This document shows positions 1 to 11,900 of a stretch of DNA of 64,000 nt, piece by piece (the stretch's first letter is position 1; each line of letters begins with the position of its first letter). The position numbers were made by a program, and so were the translations under genes. Under the pieces are notes generated by a model. It had not been told where the DNA came from. It did not search any database and worked only from the letters and a program-made list of their open reading frames with translations. The DNA lies in contig CATNEN010000030.1 in assembly GCA_950097015.1 (NCBI GenBank), positions 2,294,001 to 2,358,000 on the forward strand. Reading direction: 5' to 3'. The stretch comes from Macrostomum hystrix. Taxonomy: Eukaryota > Animalia > Platyhelminthes.

Positions 1-811
1 CTTACATGAATAAACAAGTTAAACAAACAATAACAAAATTACAAAGGAAGAGTGCAAAGCATAAGATCCATTTAAAGTAAAATATTAACCATTCATAAAA
101 AATCCAAAAGCTAAGAAGTATAACAAACACTCTAATACTTGATAGTAACAACAAGAACAACAAATGCTGACAACGCAGGACACACCAATTCTAGATTTTA
201 TTATTACTATAGAAATGGATAAAATCGTGAATACTGTCTGATCAGTAAAATTGTGAGAATAAGCTTCAGCCAATTATACAAATAAATAAAAATAAACTGT
301 ATTAACTTTGAAATTTAACTTAATAATTATTCAAAACTTCTGATCCATTTTTCATTAGCGTCAGTGAAATCCTTGTTAGAACTAATAAAATTCTCCGACA
401 TTATGCTCGTAGTGCGTATATTTTCCGGTGTTAATTGCTTGTATAATTTTTTACGATTATCGATCGAAAACTTCTGAAGCTCAATATCGTATAAGATTCT
501 TTTCGAAAATTCAACCTTAACCTTATTTTTAGTAAAAAGATCGGCTTTTATTAACAAAACTACTTCAGCGAACATAAACTTAATCCCCTCAAACCACTAT
601 TACAAAGTGAATATCGGTCCTTTTTACACGTGCGAAATTAACTTGGAAAGGGTTAAGTTTAACCAAAACCATTTCAACGATGAAGGTAAAGTAAATAAAA
701 GCTAAAAAGCAGGTTTGGAAAAGTTGCTAACCCCCTAGAAGTGACAGCAGTCAGCATCTACGCCTGAGACTGGCCACCATGCACAAGTGAGCAAACTGAC
801 CAAGCAACGAA

Positions 812-3800
812 TTATCCCAGGCCGTGGTCCTCGAAAAAGCCTTGCGGCGTCTCCTCCTAGGGAATGCGGAGAATCAGAAAGTTGACAATAAAATCACTGA
901 ATGTGTGAGTCACGAAGAAAATTAAACAACATATTTGGATTTTCAGCCTCCGACGCAGTTGATGTACTTGTGATGACTCTATGTACATAATTAGTAACTT
1001 CAGCAAAGCCCATGAATTTTGGGCTGTTTAATTGAGAGCTGACTTCATTTTAGACCTGCCCTGTGAAATTTAGTTGTAGGAAAAAGATCCTAATTGATAA
1101 TTTAATTTATTGATAATTAACTACACCTGCCCCGACAGATGCTGGGCCAGAGTTGCAGCCAACGACAGCACAGCCGCAGCTATTGCGCGGCGTATCTGAA
1201 GGCTGCGTAGGGGCTGTTCAGTCCATGGACTGGGGGAACGCCACACCAACCCTTGATAACCCCAGCTGATGCTGGTACCCATTTAACAGCTGGGTGAACT
1301 GACGAAATGCAGATTCAAGTGTCGTTGCTAAGGGACAGAAATTGTTCCAGTGGAGTCGGGAATCGAACCCCCGACCTTCAAGTCGTGAGTCCGAACCAGG
1401 GGTCCCGCCCGTTGCTCCTTCCGACACCTACAGTATACTGTTTTATCTCTCCCGTCTCTCATCTCTCCTGTGTCTCATCTCTCCTCGGTCTCGTCTCTCC
1501 TGTGTCTCATTTCTAGTGTGTCTTATCTATTCTGTCTCATCTCTCCCCCCTATCTCATATTTCTATAGTCAATGCGGCCCGCTGTCGTCTTTTAGGTTCT
1601 CTCTTTGGCCCGCTAGCTAGTAGGTTTGCCGACCCCAGTCTAAACACTAGGCTACAAACCCCTTGGATATATATTTATAACAAGTCATATAAGCACAAAC
1701 TCGCTATAGTAACTATAAAGCTATTGATGACCTGTACCAAATTGATTACAACAATGCAGGTCATTTAAATTATTAAGGAAACTACAAATAATATAAATAA
1801 TTTGCTAAGAAATGCTTAATAATAAAATGTTACAAACAGGAGAGAGATTAATTAACTATTATGACATTTCAGTGCCTATCCATCGACATTGAAGCAAAAG
1901 TTCCGGTAACAAAAAGATAGGACGAATAGACAAGCAATGACATTTAGAAACTTGCTCCGAAAAAGTAAAATGTTTTTTTAATTCTTTTTTTTCGAAAAGT
2001 TTGGCGCAAATTTAAGCATATTCAATGCCCGAATCGTTTAATGTTACATGAAGGCAATCAAAACTCATACTTGTATAGATAGCAGCTAACATCCTCGAGG
2101 TAAATATCGTGTATAGGCGGTGGTAGCGGAGTATAGCTATACAATCAAATAGAAGTGGTAATATTACAGCCAACGTTTCAGGTGTAACTGCATTATAACA
2201 GCCGTATTTGTTCACAGCCAGTGCGCCACAATAAGTTCAAAACAATGACGAAGACGGCCAACTTTAATAGATTGCCTTCGTAATAAGATAAACTTTTGTA
2301 GCGTGAGCAAATGCCAGAGAAAAGTGGACCGAACCAACTTTCTGGGTGCTCTCAGCTTCGCTCAAATCAATCCGTATTCCTTTAGAGCTTCCATTACGGC
2401 ATCGTTCTGAATAATTGGCAGATTTTCATTGCCGAAATGGTTGAAACGAGAGAGAGTAGATAGAGCGGCATAATAAGTGCAAGCAAGCAGCTATTCACAG
2501 GCGTTGCGCTCATAACTTCTATGTAAAATATGCTAAATGTATTGAATGAGTTGGCGGATCGCACAGTAGAACCAAAAATATAATTGTTCCGCTGTATGAT
2601 CAGAGATTTTGAAATATATCAGAGCTGCCAAACAACGCCTCTTTAAGCGAAATGTAAAGTTATGGCTTTCCATTCGCTGATTGGACTGATATGTGAGTGA
2701 GGTCAGTAGCCCAACCACTGATTGAGCTGATATGGAGTGAGGTAGCTGTAAGCCTACCCGCTGATTGGACTGTGAGATGGAGTGAGGTGGCTGGAAGCCT
2801 ACCCGCTGATTGGACTGAGATGGTCTGAGGTGGCTGTAAGCGTACCCGCTGATTGGACTGAGATGGTGTGAGGTGGCTGTAAGCCTACCCGCTGATTGGA
2901 CTGAGATGGTGTGAGGTGGCTGGAAGTCTACCCGTTGATTGGACTAAGATGGAGGGGGTTAAATTGACCTACATGTATAATAATTGAAATTTATCGGAGT
3001 GGTGGAGTAAACAAGCCACGCTTTATATATGAGCTATTACAAGTAAATGCTACATTGTTAAAATGTCCAAAAAACTAATTGTTATACCTTCGTGCTAAAA
3101 TGAATAATTAAGTGACTATGCGAAAAATCTAGCATAGTACTACATATAAAAGTACACTATAAAAGCTTTTGTCCTGACATACTGACATTTTGTGATAAAA
3201 GAAGAATTTAGGCCTATAGAAAAATCGATTTCTTTGACTTACTTCTTATTAGAATACTGACATTGTCCCAAAAGTAATGGCACGGCAGCGAGGTATGGTA
3301 TTCCATCAACATTTAATTATAGTAGTACTCCCATCTGCTATACATCTTAGCAGATTTTAATTTTTATACTTGATACTAACAAAAAGTCACATTTAGAGCT
3401 AAGTTAGAGCCAACTCCTTCATCTCCTTAATTTCATATTTTGTATTCTATTTCCCCCAAATTTAAATTTTTACATGAAAGATTTAATGTTTTTTCACCAC
3501 TTACCTCTTGAAGCAGATCCTGTGCAGCGATGGCTTTCAGAACATTTTTCTTGCTTGTCTCCTGAACTTCACCGCCCAGTATGAACTCGTCCAGCATAAA
3601 GTAGGCCTTCTCAAAGTTGAATATGATATCCAGCTCACACACCTGTGGACAGGAATGTATGACAGCATTACTCAGCACAATAATTGTTTCTGGTACTACA
3701 ATAAAACATGTATGGTATGCTATAAAAATGTTTGTATTTTATACTCCTAATCGCTCAGTAAAATAAACTATGCTTGCTATTGAATATCTTACCAAGCTCA

Positions 3801-4753
3801 TATTTAATTTAGAAGTTGGACTTACACTGCCAAAGTATTTGTCCAGAAGTTCAACATACCGATGTATGACTTCAAGGCAAAGCAACTCATTGTCTTGTTG
3901 CTCAACGGCGCAGCAGAAATAAAGACTTGCATACCTGAAGCAAATAGTAGAAAGCATATAAAGCCTACATTAGAAAATGCATGTTAATTAAATTTCCATA
4001 TACGATTATAATGAGCTGTGAGCTTACCTTTTGTACACAACTTTTAACTCTTTCCATTCGATGAATGAGCACATCTTTGGCTTGCGAGAAAGTATTAAAG
4101 TCACGAGGTCACGTGTTATCTTCTTCTTTGTTTTGTCAGATTGCGAAACATACCATTTTTGTAGTCTTAGCTTACCTTGTCTACTAAAAAGCAGCATAAA
4201 GTGAATCTAAAAAAGAAGGAATAAAATAACAGTTTTAGTGGTGACACAATCTATAATCACAATCTATCACAATAGATTTAATCACAATCTATATGCTTAG
4301 AGCATATACACAACATGTACTAATATAATTCAGACAACAGATCAGCATCTACAACATAACTTAACTTTTAAATTATTTGAAATAACTTTAAAGCATGGTA
4401 GACTTGTTGCATATCTGATATTTTTATATTTCTATTACGTACTTTGTAGTCACCTTAAAGCACCTAAAAGTCACTAAATATACCTAATTGGATTTTTTAA
4501 TTGCTAAATTATACGTTTTTTGTCTTTAACTCAACTCGAGTATGAACAGTAAAATACTAAACAAGAAAACAATACTATTTCCAAATTCATTACACTCATG
4601 AGAAACAATATGATATCTACATAGAGTCAGCCGAATTTAGATTAGCATATAAATGGTTATTTTAACCACACAAAAGAAAGGTGACCCTATGTACCAATAT
4701 TGAAAATAAGACTGTACATTATGTTATAATTGTGACTTAACAATACATACCAT
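812..4753 (-). CDS. AP1S2: AP-1 adaptor complex sigma (small) subunit, 5 coding exons, ~157 aa
   Basis: Exons: ATG 4753-4751 (candidate, followed by gtatgt donor), 4206-4028 ([19 protein letters not shown]...KVVYKR), 3934-3826 ([17 protein letters not shown]...DKYFGS), 3642-3505 ([20 protein letters not shown]...DLLQE), 856-812 ([14 protein letters not shown]). All GT-AG, phases consistent. Exon sizes 179/109/138 match the conserved animal AP1S structure as recalled. The symbol marks the family; invertebrates usually have a single sigma-1 gene. Confidence 0.96.
1147..1396 (-). mobile_element. tRNA-derived SINE family 1 (CORE-like central domain), in the last AP1S intron
   Basis: The reverse strand reads B-box GGTTCGATTCC, then core CCCTTAGCAACGACACTTGAATCTGCATTTCGTCAGTTCACCCAGCTGTTAAATGGGTACC, then AGTCCATGGACT and a GC-rich hairpin tail. 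Near-identical copies occur elsewhere in the window. Confidence 0.85.
1397..1638 (-). mobile_element. hAT (Charlie-like) MITE, degraded copy with internal TCTCATCTC repeats
   Basis: Starts CAGGGGTC and ends GGTTTGCCGACCCC. The interior is the reverse complement of the intact copy at 34441-34913. Confidence 0.7.
2677..2955. repeat. 43-bp tandem repeat, ~6 copies
   Basis: Unit CTGATTGGACTGAGATGGTGTGAGGTGGCTGTAAGCCTACCCG; lies inside the AP1S intron. Confidence 0.9.
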
Positions 4754-6340
4754 TTTAGTTACGCACTTCTTCTCAGATCGAATCAAATGATGAAGATTTA
4801 TAGCATACAGTAAAGCCACAACATAACGGAGCAGTTTTTATAGAAAGTAGACTAGGCCTACTCCTTAGAAAATTTATTGAAAACACGTAAATCTGAAAGT
4901 GATTAAGGTATAAGGATTAAGGATTAAGACTTCGATTGTCAGTTTAGACTTCTGAAACTTCGTAGAAAGTGTTCACCTTTAAAAAAATATGTTTTTATTT
5001 TCCAATTCTAAAGATAAAGCATATATTTAATTGATACACAGATAAGCTTTTAATTATAAACAAAACTTCAGTCTTAATTACTAATCCTATCGTGCAGAAT
5101 GAATATTTTGTTTAAGGGTAATTTCATTTCAATTGAAATTCAAATTCAACAAGTTCAAATTAGTCCTAGCAAGCGCCAGCGGCCAGCAGTTTACGTAGTA
5201 CCCATGTGCACAGTGCACCCCATGGGTATGTTACATCCCATCCCAATTACAAATTTCTACGCACATTTTACCAACCAACGTGCACACGCTGACAGCAGCT
5301 GCCTGCAACAAGCAAGGACCACTAGTAGAAGTGATAGGGCCTAGTCTTCTTCTAGTTGTCACTTCTTCTAGTGATCTGCGAATAAGTCGAGTCACATTCA
5401 CATACTCATACTCTCATAGTCAGTTGCACAACTTGCACTGAATTTGAATTCTAGATTATTAATTTGAAGTGAAAGTATTGTTTCTAGCTTCTGGTTTGCT
5501 TTGCTCTTTACTTTAATGCCATCATCTTCACCATGCCGCCTTGTGAAATCATTTGTAAATGTTATGGTATATTGTAAATTGTAAATTGAATAACAAATTA
5601 ATATTCACATTAACTATGTCAAACTTTGTCAAATCCAGTAGAATTAACTTTTCCATTGTTAGTTATTTGTTTGAAGTCATTAAAAGAAAATTAATAAATA
5701 TATCATAATTGGGCCCATTGTACCTATCTTCAATCAATGCATAGCAAAATTCAGTAGGCCTACAAGTGTAAAATCCTAGGCTAAGGCCTAGTCACTTTTA
5801 GTCTATTTTATTATTTACAATGTCATTAACTTTGTGTTTAAAGCATGACTCATTTTTTTGAAACTTCATTACTGGCCCACCAGTAGACCCACAGAGTTGG
5901 CTTGATTATCAGTAAGACAATTAATAGGTGAGGTTACAGTTTGTTTTCTGATTTTTTGACCATGTATTTCAAATTTTATAGAAACCACATGATGCACAAA
6001 GAAAAATATATTCTTTATTTTATATATTCTTTATATTCTATATTCTATATACTCTATTCTATATACTCTATATTCTTTATACAAAGAAAATTGTAAAAAT
6101 AGTAGTCGTAACAAAAAGATAGCCCAACAGATAATATAAATGCACAATCATATAGTAGCAATGCCAAAGACATTAGTCAATTATATTTGATGCCACAGGA
6201 ACACCTGAAAGTGACAATCAAAAAGAGTGTTGGTGATGCCATACCTATGCGGCTATGCTGGTAACAGGACAATTCGGTAACAGACAATTCGGTAACAGAC
6301 AGCTCGGTAACACCACAGGACAGTTCGGTAACATATCAAG

Positions 6341-7274
6341 CATACATGCGCAACACCCGGCCGACCCGGCCGATCCGGCCGGGTGACGAGCGGCCGAGCA
6401 AGGTAAGTCGCAAAAATGGCCACCCGAGAAAAAAATCGGACAGAAAAAAACGAGCGGAAAAAAAGAAAAGAAGGCAGGAAAAGGAGGAAAGCAGAGAAAG
6501 GAAAGAAGAAAGGAAGGAAAGCAAATGGGGAAAGAAGCAAAAACGTGACAAAATCTGCAATCAGAGGGAAGTAAGTCGCATTCAGAGGGAAGTAAGTCGC
6601 ATTCAGAGGGAAGTAAGTCGCAATCAGAGGGAAGTAAGTCGCAATCAGAGGGAAGTAAGTCGCAATCAGAGGGAAGTAAGTCGCATTCAGAGGGAAGTAA
6701 GTCGCAATCAGAGGGAAGTAAGTCGCAATCAGAGGGAAGTAAGTCGCAATCAGAGGGAAGTAAGTCGCAATCAGAGGGAAGTAAGTCGCAATCAGAGGGA
6801 AGTAAGTCGCAATCAGAGGGAAGTAAGTCGCATTCAGAGGGAAGTAAGTCGCATTCAGAGGGAAGTAAGTCGCAATCAGAGGGAAGTAAGTCGCAATCAG
6901 AGGGAAGTAAGTCGCAATCAGAGGGAAGTAAGTCGCAATCAGAGGGAAGTAAGTCGCAATCAGAGGGAAGTAAGTCGCATTCCAAGGTAAGTAAGTCGCA
7001 TTCAGAGGGGGCTAAGCTAAGCAGGGAAGCAGCTTGACGGGCGACGCCACGCAGCTGACCTCGCCAATTTCATTCACGCCGACGATCGAGTCGCCAGAGT
7101 GCACTCTGCTGCCAGCGGAAGACTAATTAGATGACGAGGCATTTTACTATTGCAACACAGTCATAGTTACCCCTGCCGTTTACCCAGATAAAAAATTTGG
7201 GCATAGGTATGTCGCATTTTTTTTTAAAACGAAGTCGCACGGCCGGTGTAAATTTGGGAAGTTGCGCATGTATG
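6341..7274 (+). mobile_element. Non-autonomous DNA transposon B (hAT/P-like, 8-bp TSD) expanded by an internal 21-bp array
   Basis: Perfect 14-bp TIR CATACATGCGCAAC / GTTGCGCATGTATG; 8-bp TSD ATATCAAG at 6333-6340 and 7275-7282. Confidence 0.9.
6558..7008. repeat. 21-bp tandem repeat, ~20 copies, inside element B
   Basis: Unit CAATCAGAGGGAAGTAAGTCG (AAT/ATT variants). It accounts for the repetitive ORFs 6245-6985 and 6346-6990. Confidence 0.97.
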
Positions 7275-8274
7275 ATATCAAGGGACAGTTCGGTAACAAT
7301 TGATTAAACTGGGTCGGAAGGGTTTGTTGCGAAATTATTTTATAGTTAGTTCGGTAAAGTTACAAAGTAAAGTCAATAGCACTTCAAAGCATATTTGGCT
7401 TTTCGAAATATGAGTATTAGGTTGCATTTTGCATGTTACATATTTGCATTCTTGCATTAGTCATATTTTAGCCCCATGTTCACCGTGCGGCTGTACCCAC
7501 AACCCTATTTTTCTCACCCTCTGCCATCTCGCATATAATACAATTCTTGTATATTGATATCAATGCTACAATAAATCGTATTTCAGCAGCCAACTAGCAC
7601 ACTTAAGGCCCATCCATACAGTCATCAAGTGAGGCCAAATTTCGTGTGATCACACAATTTGCACTAATTTTTCATCACTTTGTACATCCCTTTGAACAAG
7701 CCTTTACCCTACTTGCACACTCTAAATGACATGTCAGTTTCAGATACATCAGTAACATCAGTCAGTTGTGTCCTAGCAACGATAGTAGATACATTGTTAG
7801 AGCAAACCTAGATTGATTTTATTGACTTTCAATTGTTACCGAACTGTCCCCGGTGTGTTACCGAACTGTCTCCTGTATGTTACCGAACTGTCCTTGAGTG
7901 TTACCGAACTGTCTGTTACTGAACTGTCTGTTACCGAACTGTCCTGTATTAACCTATGCCAACTGTGGCACACTGCATGGCATGAATTAAAAATCTAAAA
8001 AGTATTACAAAACAAACTGAAAGTTTGTTTGAGGTCATATATGAGGTCAAGGCAAATGTGGTTAAAATCAGAATTAGGCTAGCAAGTTCAGTTCAGACTC
8101 CAGAGCAAATAACAAGTAAGTTTATGATAGTTATTTTTTAGTTTGTCTAGGCTAACCATATCAGCTCAGTATCATTTCCATATCTTGTCTAAATATGTTT
8201 AGTTTTGTTGTTCGCTTGGTACTATATGAGCCATAGCCATTGTAGGCTTCATTGCTAAATTTCTTGGTAATAAA

Positions 8275-8555
8275 CATACATGCTCAACCTCCCAAATCTT
8301 AGCCGGCCATGCGACTTAGTTTTTGCTCTCATTTGTGACTTAGTTCATTTCATTGCTCTATTTACGACTTAGTTTGCTCTCATTTGCTCTCTTTTTCTCT
8401 CCCCTTTTTCATTTTCTTCACGCCTTCCTTTTTTGTCCCTTGGTCCCCCCTTTGATTTTTTTGCGCTTGGTCGATTGTTTTTTGCGACTTACCTTGCTTG
8501 GCCCTCGTTTCACCCGGCCGGTTCGGCCGGGTCGGCCGGGTGTTGCGCATGTATG
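8275..8555 (-). mobile_element. Second, unexpanded copy of transposon B (281 bp)
   Basis: TIR CATACATGCTCAAC / GTTGCGCATGTATG; 8-bp TSD GTAATAAA at 8267-8274 and 8556-8563. The subterminal CCGGCCGACCCGGCCG block and GTAAGTCGCA motifs match 6341-6420 in reverse orientation. Confidence 0.9.
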
Positions 8556-8984
8556 GTAATAAAGCACATGACTAGATTTGCAAATAAAAGTAACAATTTC
8601 AGCAGGGCTGTCAGCAATAGCATACTATTAAGTGACACTAGACCCACAGTCAATGAGGGGGCGATTCTTATTATTTCACTGACTTCTGAGCACATATACA
8701 CATACATACAATATGTAGCACACTCAGGGTTGTACATTTGATCTGACTTTCTCATTGTCAAGCACTGAACACACTCACTGTATATAAAAGGTTGGCTCTC
8801 AAGGGCATAAATATCACAAAAAGCCCCAATATGTAACCAACTATTTCGTTTGTTGTCTTAGGTCCTCTTAAAACTACTGCTATATACTATTTAAAAGGGG
8901 TGTATATCGAGAATGATAAAACCTGATCATCTTCTTAAAGTGAGGATCACTTTATTTATACTTTCATGGTAAAAATTACAGAAG

Positions 8985-11900
8985 ATGGCCTCCATCAGCA
9001 TTGATGTTATAAAGAGCATATTTGTTGCATCCATTCATGTACTGGCAACAAAATCTGGCAGTCACGTGACTCTGAAATCTCTGATGGAAGCTTATGAAAG
9101 AAATATGGGCCAACCAGTACCATTCAGAGATCATGGCTATGGCAGCGTTGAAGAGCTTATCCGAGTCGGCCTGCCGCAAAGCTTGTCGCTTTATAGGGTG
9201 GGCGCCAACATGTGTGTTAAAAGTACACAGCCACTAAATGCCAATTCGAAGCGCATAGTGCAGAAAATTAGTACAGAAACTAATTATGGTCGTAAGCGCA
9301 GCAGCGGTGGTGGCGCTAGTCGAGGCCGGGGAGGCTTGCGGCAGCCGCAATCCCAAACCTTCAGCTGTCCGGAGTCAGTTAGGCAGCGTGTAGCCAGATT
9401 AGTTGAGAAATATTACGCTGCTAACAATGGCGAAGGCTGTGGCATTAACAATTTTGGGGCCCGATACTTCGAAGAATATGGTCTAGTTTTGCGGCTGGAA
9501 CAGTACGGATGCGATTCAATGCAGTCATTTGGTAGATTTCTACAATCTTGTGGCGTTGTTGGCATAGTTGAAACGCGTAATGGTGAAATCAGGTTTGTAC
9601 CGTCGGCTGTTAAAAGCGGTGACACCAGCATCAGCAATGACGATTCTGAGAAACTGATCAGTTTAGTGTCGGACTGGCAAGGTGGCATGGCGCCGCTAGA
9701 CGAGCTGGCTTCAGTCTACTGCTCACGCTACGGCTCCGAAGCCTATCGGCGCCTAGGATTTCGCAGCTTCGATGGCATGGTGACAGCGGAGTCGCGGCTT
9801 CGGCTTTTGCCTCGTTCCGGTGGTGCCAGTCCACTAGTACGGTTGGCTAGCAACCGGCCGCCTGTGGAGATGCCACCCACTACTGCGTAAGTTTTCACCA
9901 TCTACTCTCTAACACTCAACACTAAAACATGAACAAGGCATACACTGGTCATCGACTCCTGTCTCATAGGATTATTGAATCATCAGTCCCATGAAATATA
10001 GATCCTTGGCATTGTACGTCTAAATTATAAATATCAGACCAGACCTCGAATTCCGACTCTGGCTCCAGTCAATCGAGACTGTCCCAACATATAGTATGCT
10101 GTACTCTCGTAGCATTTACATTTCTATGCGCTCAATCACAAGAGAAATTAACTAACCAGGTTCCTGATCCTAGATTAATTAGAGACCAATGATATTGCGA
10201 CAAAGAGCGACAACACAACATAAGGGTGAGTGGCAAGGTGGTCTTACGCGTTTGCCTCTCGTACCAAGGTCCCTGGGTTCCATTCCGCTGCGAGGCCACA
10301 TTTAGGGCTAATAAAAGGCTTAGTGGCTTGTCGTGCAATTTACGCCCTTGAGTGCCAACCTTCAAGGCACAGTAAGAGTGTACACTGACTGCTCTGATGT
10401 GTCCGAGCAGATGTACAAACCTGTGTGAGCGTGTGTCTGTGTACAGTATCTGTTGTGTGAGTGCTCAGGAGTCAGCGGAATTGGCAGAATTGATCGCTGG
10501 CTGCAGGTCTACTGCCAAGTTATGTGCCATCATTCACAGCCCTTTTGCAATTATTAATGATTGGCAATTCAGAACCTGTTACCATTTAACTTATCTCTTA
10601 TCTCTTTATCTCTCTTTATATCTCTTATCTCAACTTATCTCTTTATGCAGGAGCTCAGACTTTTCGCAGCATTTTTATGACGAGAAAGAACATCAACAGC
10701 GATCACATGCTGAGCAGCAGCAGCTTCAATCGCCACAAGAATCTCCGACATCTTCGGTCTCGTCAACCGCTGGCGATTTGTCCTCAATGCGCCTAGCATC
10801 TGTAACGGCTTGCAGCGACTTGGACCGCAGCGACAGTTGGTCTGTGCTCGGCGACGGTCTTGGCAGCGGCAGCGGCGGAGTTCCAGCCGACTGCGCTCCC
10901 ATTGGCTACCAGCTGCAGCCGTTGAATATGGCTGAATTTGTCGACTCGTTTACTGGCAGGATTAAGGTGAGACAACAACCTTGTCTTTTTGACAAGCCTC
11001 CCGATTTCCAAGTTGTAAATTCCTGCGCGGCTCCTGATTGAAACGGTGCCGTGACGAAGCTTGACTAACGACTGAAACGCTTCTAAAGCGACTCTAGACT
11101 ACAGTGTCGTTTTTATATGGTTGCCTTTCGACTTCTTTACATTCAGTAGTTTGCCTCGTAATCTACAGTAGATGGCCTCGTAATCTACAGTAGATGGCCT
11201 CGTAATCTACAGTAGATGGCCTCGTAATCTACAGTAGATGGCCTCGTAATCTACAGTAGATGGCCTCGTAATCTACAGTAGATGGCCTCGTAATCTACTG
11301 TAGATGGCCTCGTAATCTACTGTAGATGGCCTCGTAATCTACTGTAGATGGCCTCGTAATCTACTGTAGATGGCCTCGTAATCTACTGTAGATGGCCTCG
11401 TAATCTACTGTAGATGGCCTCGTAATCTACAGTAGATGGCCTCGTAATCTACAGTAGATGGCCTCGTAATCTACAGTAGATGGCCTCGTAATCTACAGTA
11501 GATGGCCTCGTAATCTACTGTAGATGGCCTCGTAATCTACAGTAGATGGCCTCGTAATCTACAGTAGATGGCCTCGTAATCTACAGTAGATGGCCTCGTA
11601 ATCTACTGTAGATGGCCTCGTAATCTACAGTAGATGGCCTCGTAATCTACAGTAGATGGCCTCGTAATCTACAGTAGATGGCCTCGTAATCTACAGTAGA
11701 TGGCCTCGTAATCTACAGTAGATGGCCTCGTAATCTACAGTAGATGGCCTCGTAATCTACTGTAGATGGCCTCGTAATCTTCCGTTTTCATCTGAGCTAC
11801 AGTAATAGATGGCCTCGTAATCTTCAGTTTCACCTGAGCCTTCTGTAGGCGCAGCAAAGCCGCTAACTCAAAATACAGGAAAGTGACCACAGAAGCCGGT

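Larger units (their letters stand above)
6262..7948. mobile_element. MITE-like element A whose long imperfect inverted ends are built from repeated ACAGTTCGGTAAC motifs; hosts element B
   Basis: The left end has repeated ACAGTTCGGTAAC (6262-6332, resuming at 7285); the right end has repeated GTTACCGAACTGT (7835-7946). An 8-bp direct repeat ACCTATGC at 6243-6250 and 7952-7959 may be the TSD but does not abut the inverted ends exactly. Confidence 0.6.

Noticed and set aside
85-575. Short AT-rich ORFs as possible viral/Polinton genes
   Set aside because: They are 60-80 aa with no recognisable motif, and overlap the probable AP1S 3' end (reverse AATAAA near 546-551).
4787-4896. Box C/D snoRNA (ATGATGA...CTGA)
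   Set aside because: It is not inside an intron of a same-strand gene, the terminal stem is weak, and no rRNA-complementary guide was recognised.
6245-6990. Long ORFs (246 aa and 214 aa) with heptad repeats
   Set aside because: They are read through a 21-bp array inside a MITE; a unit length divisible by three explains the open frames.
11153-11780. CRISPR-like array (short palindromic repeats)
   Set aside because: The units are contiguous with no unique spacers, there are no cas genes, and the context is a eukaryotic intron. The same applies to all other arrays here.
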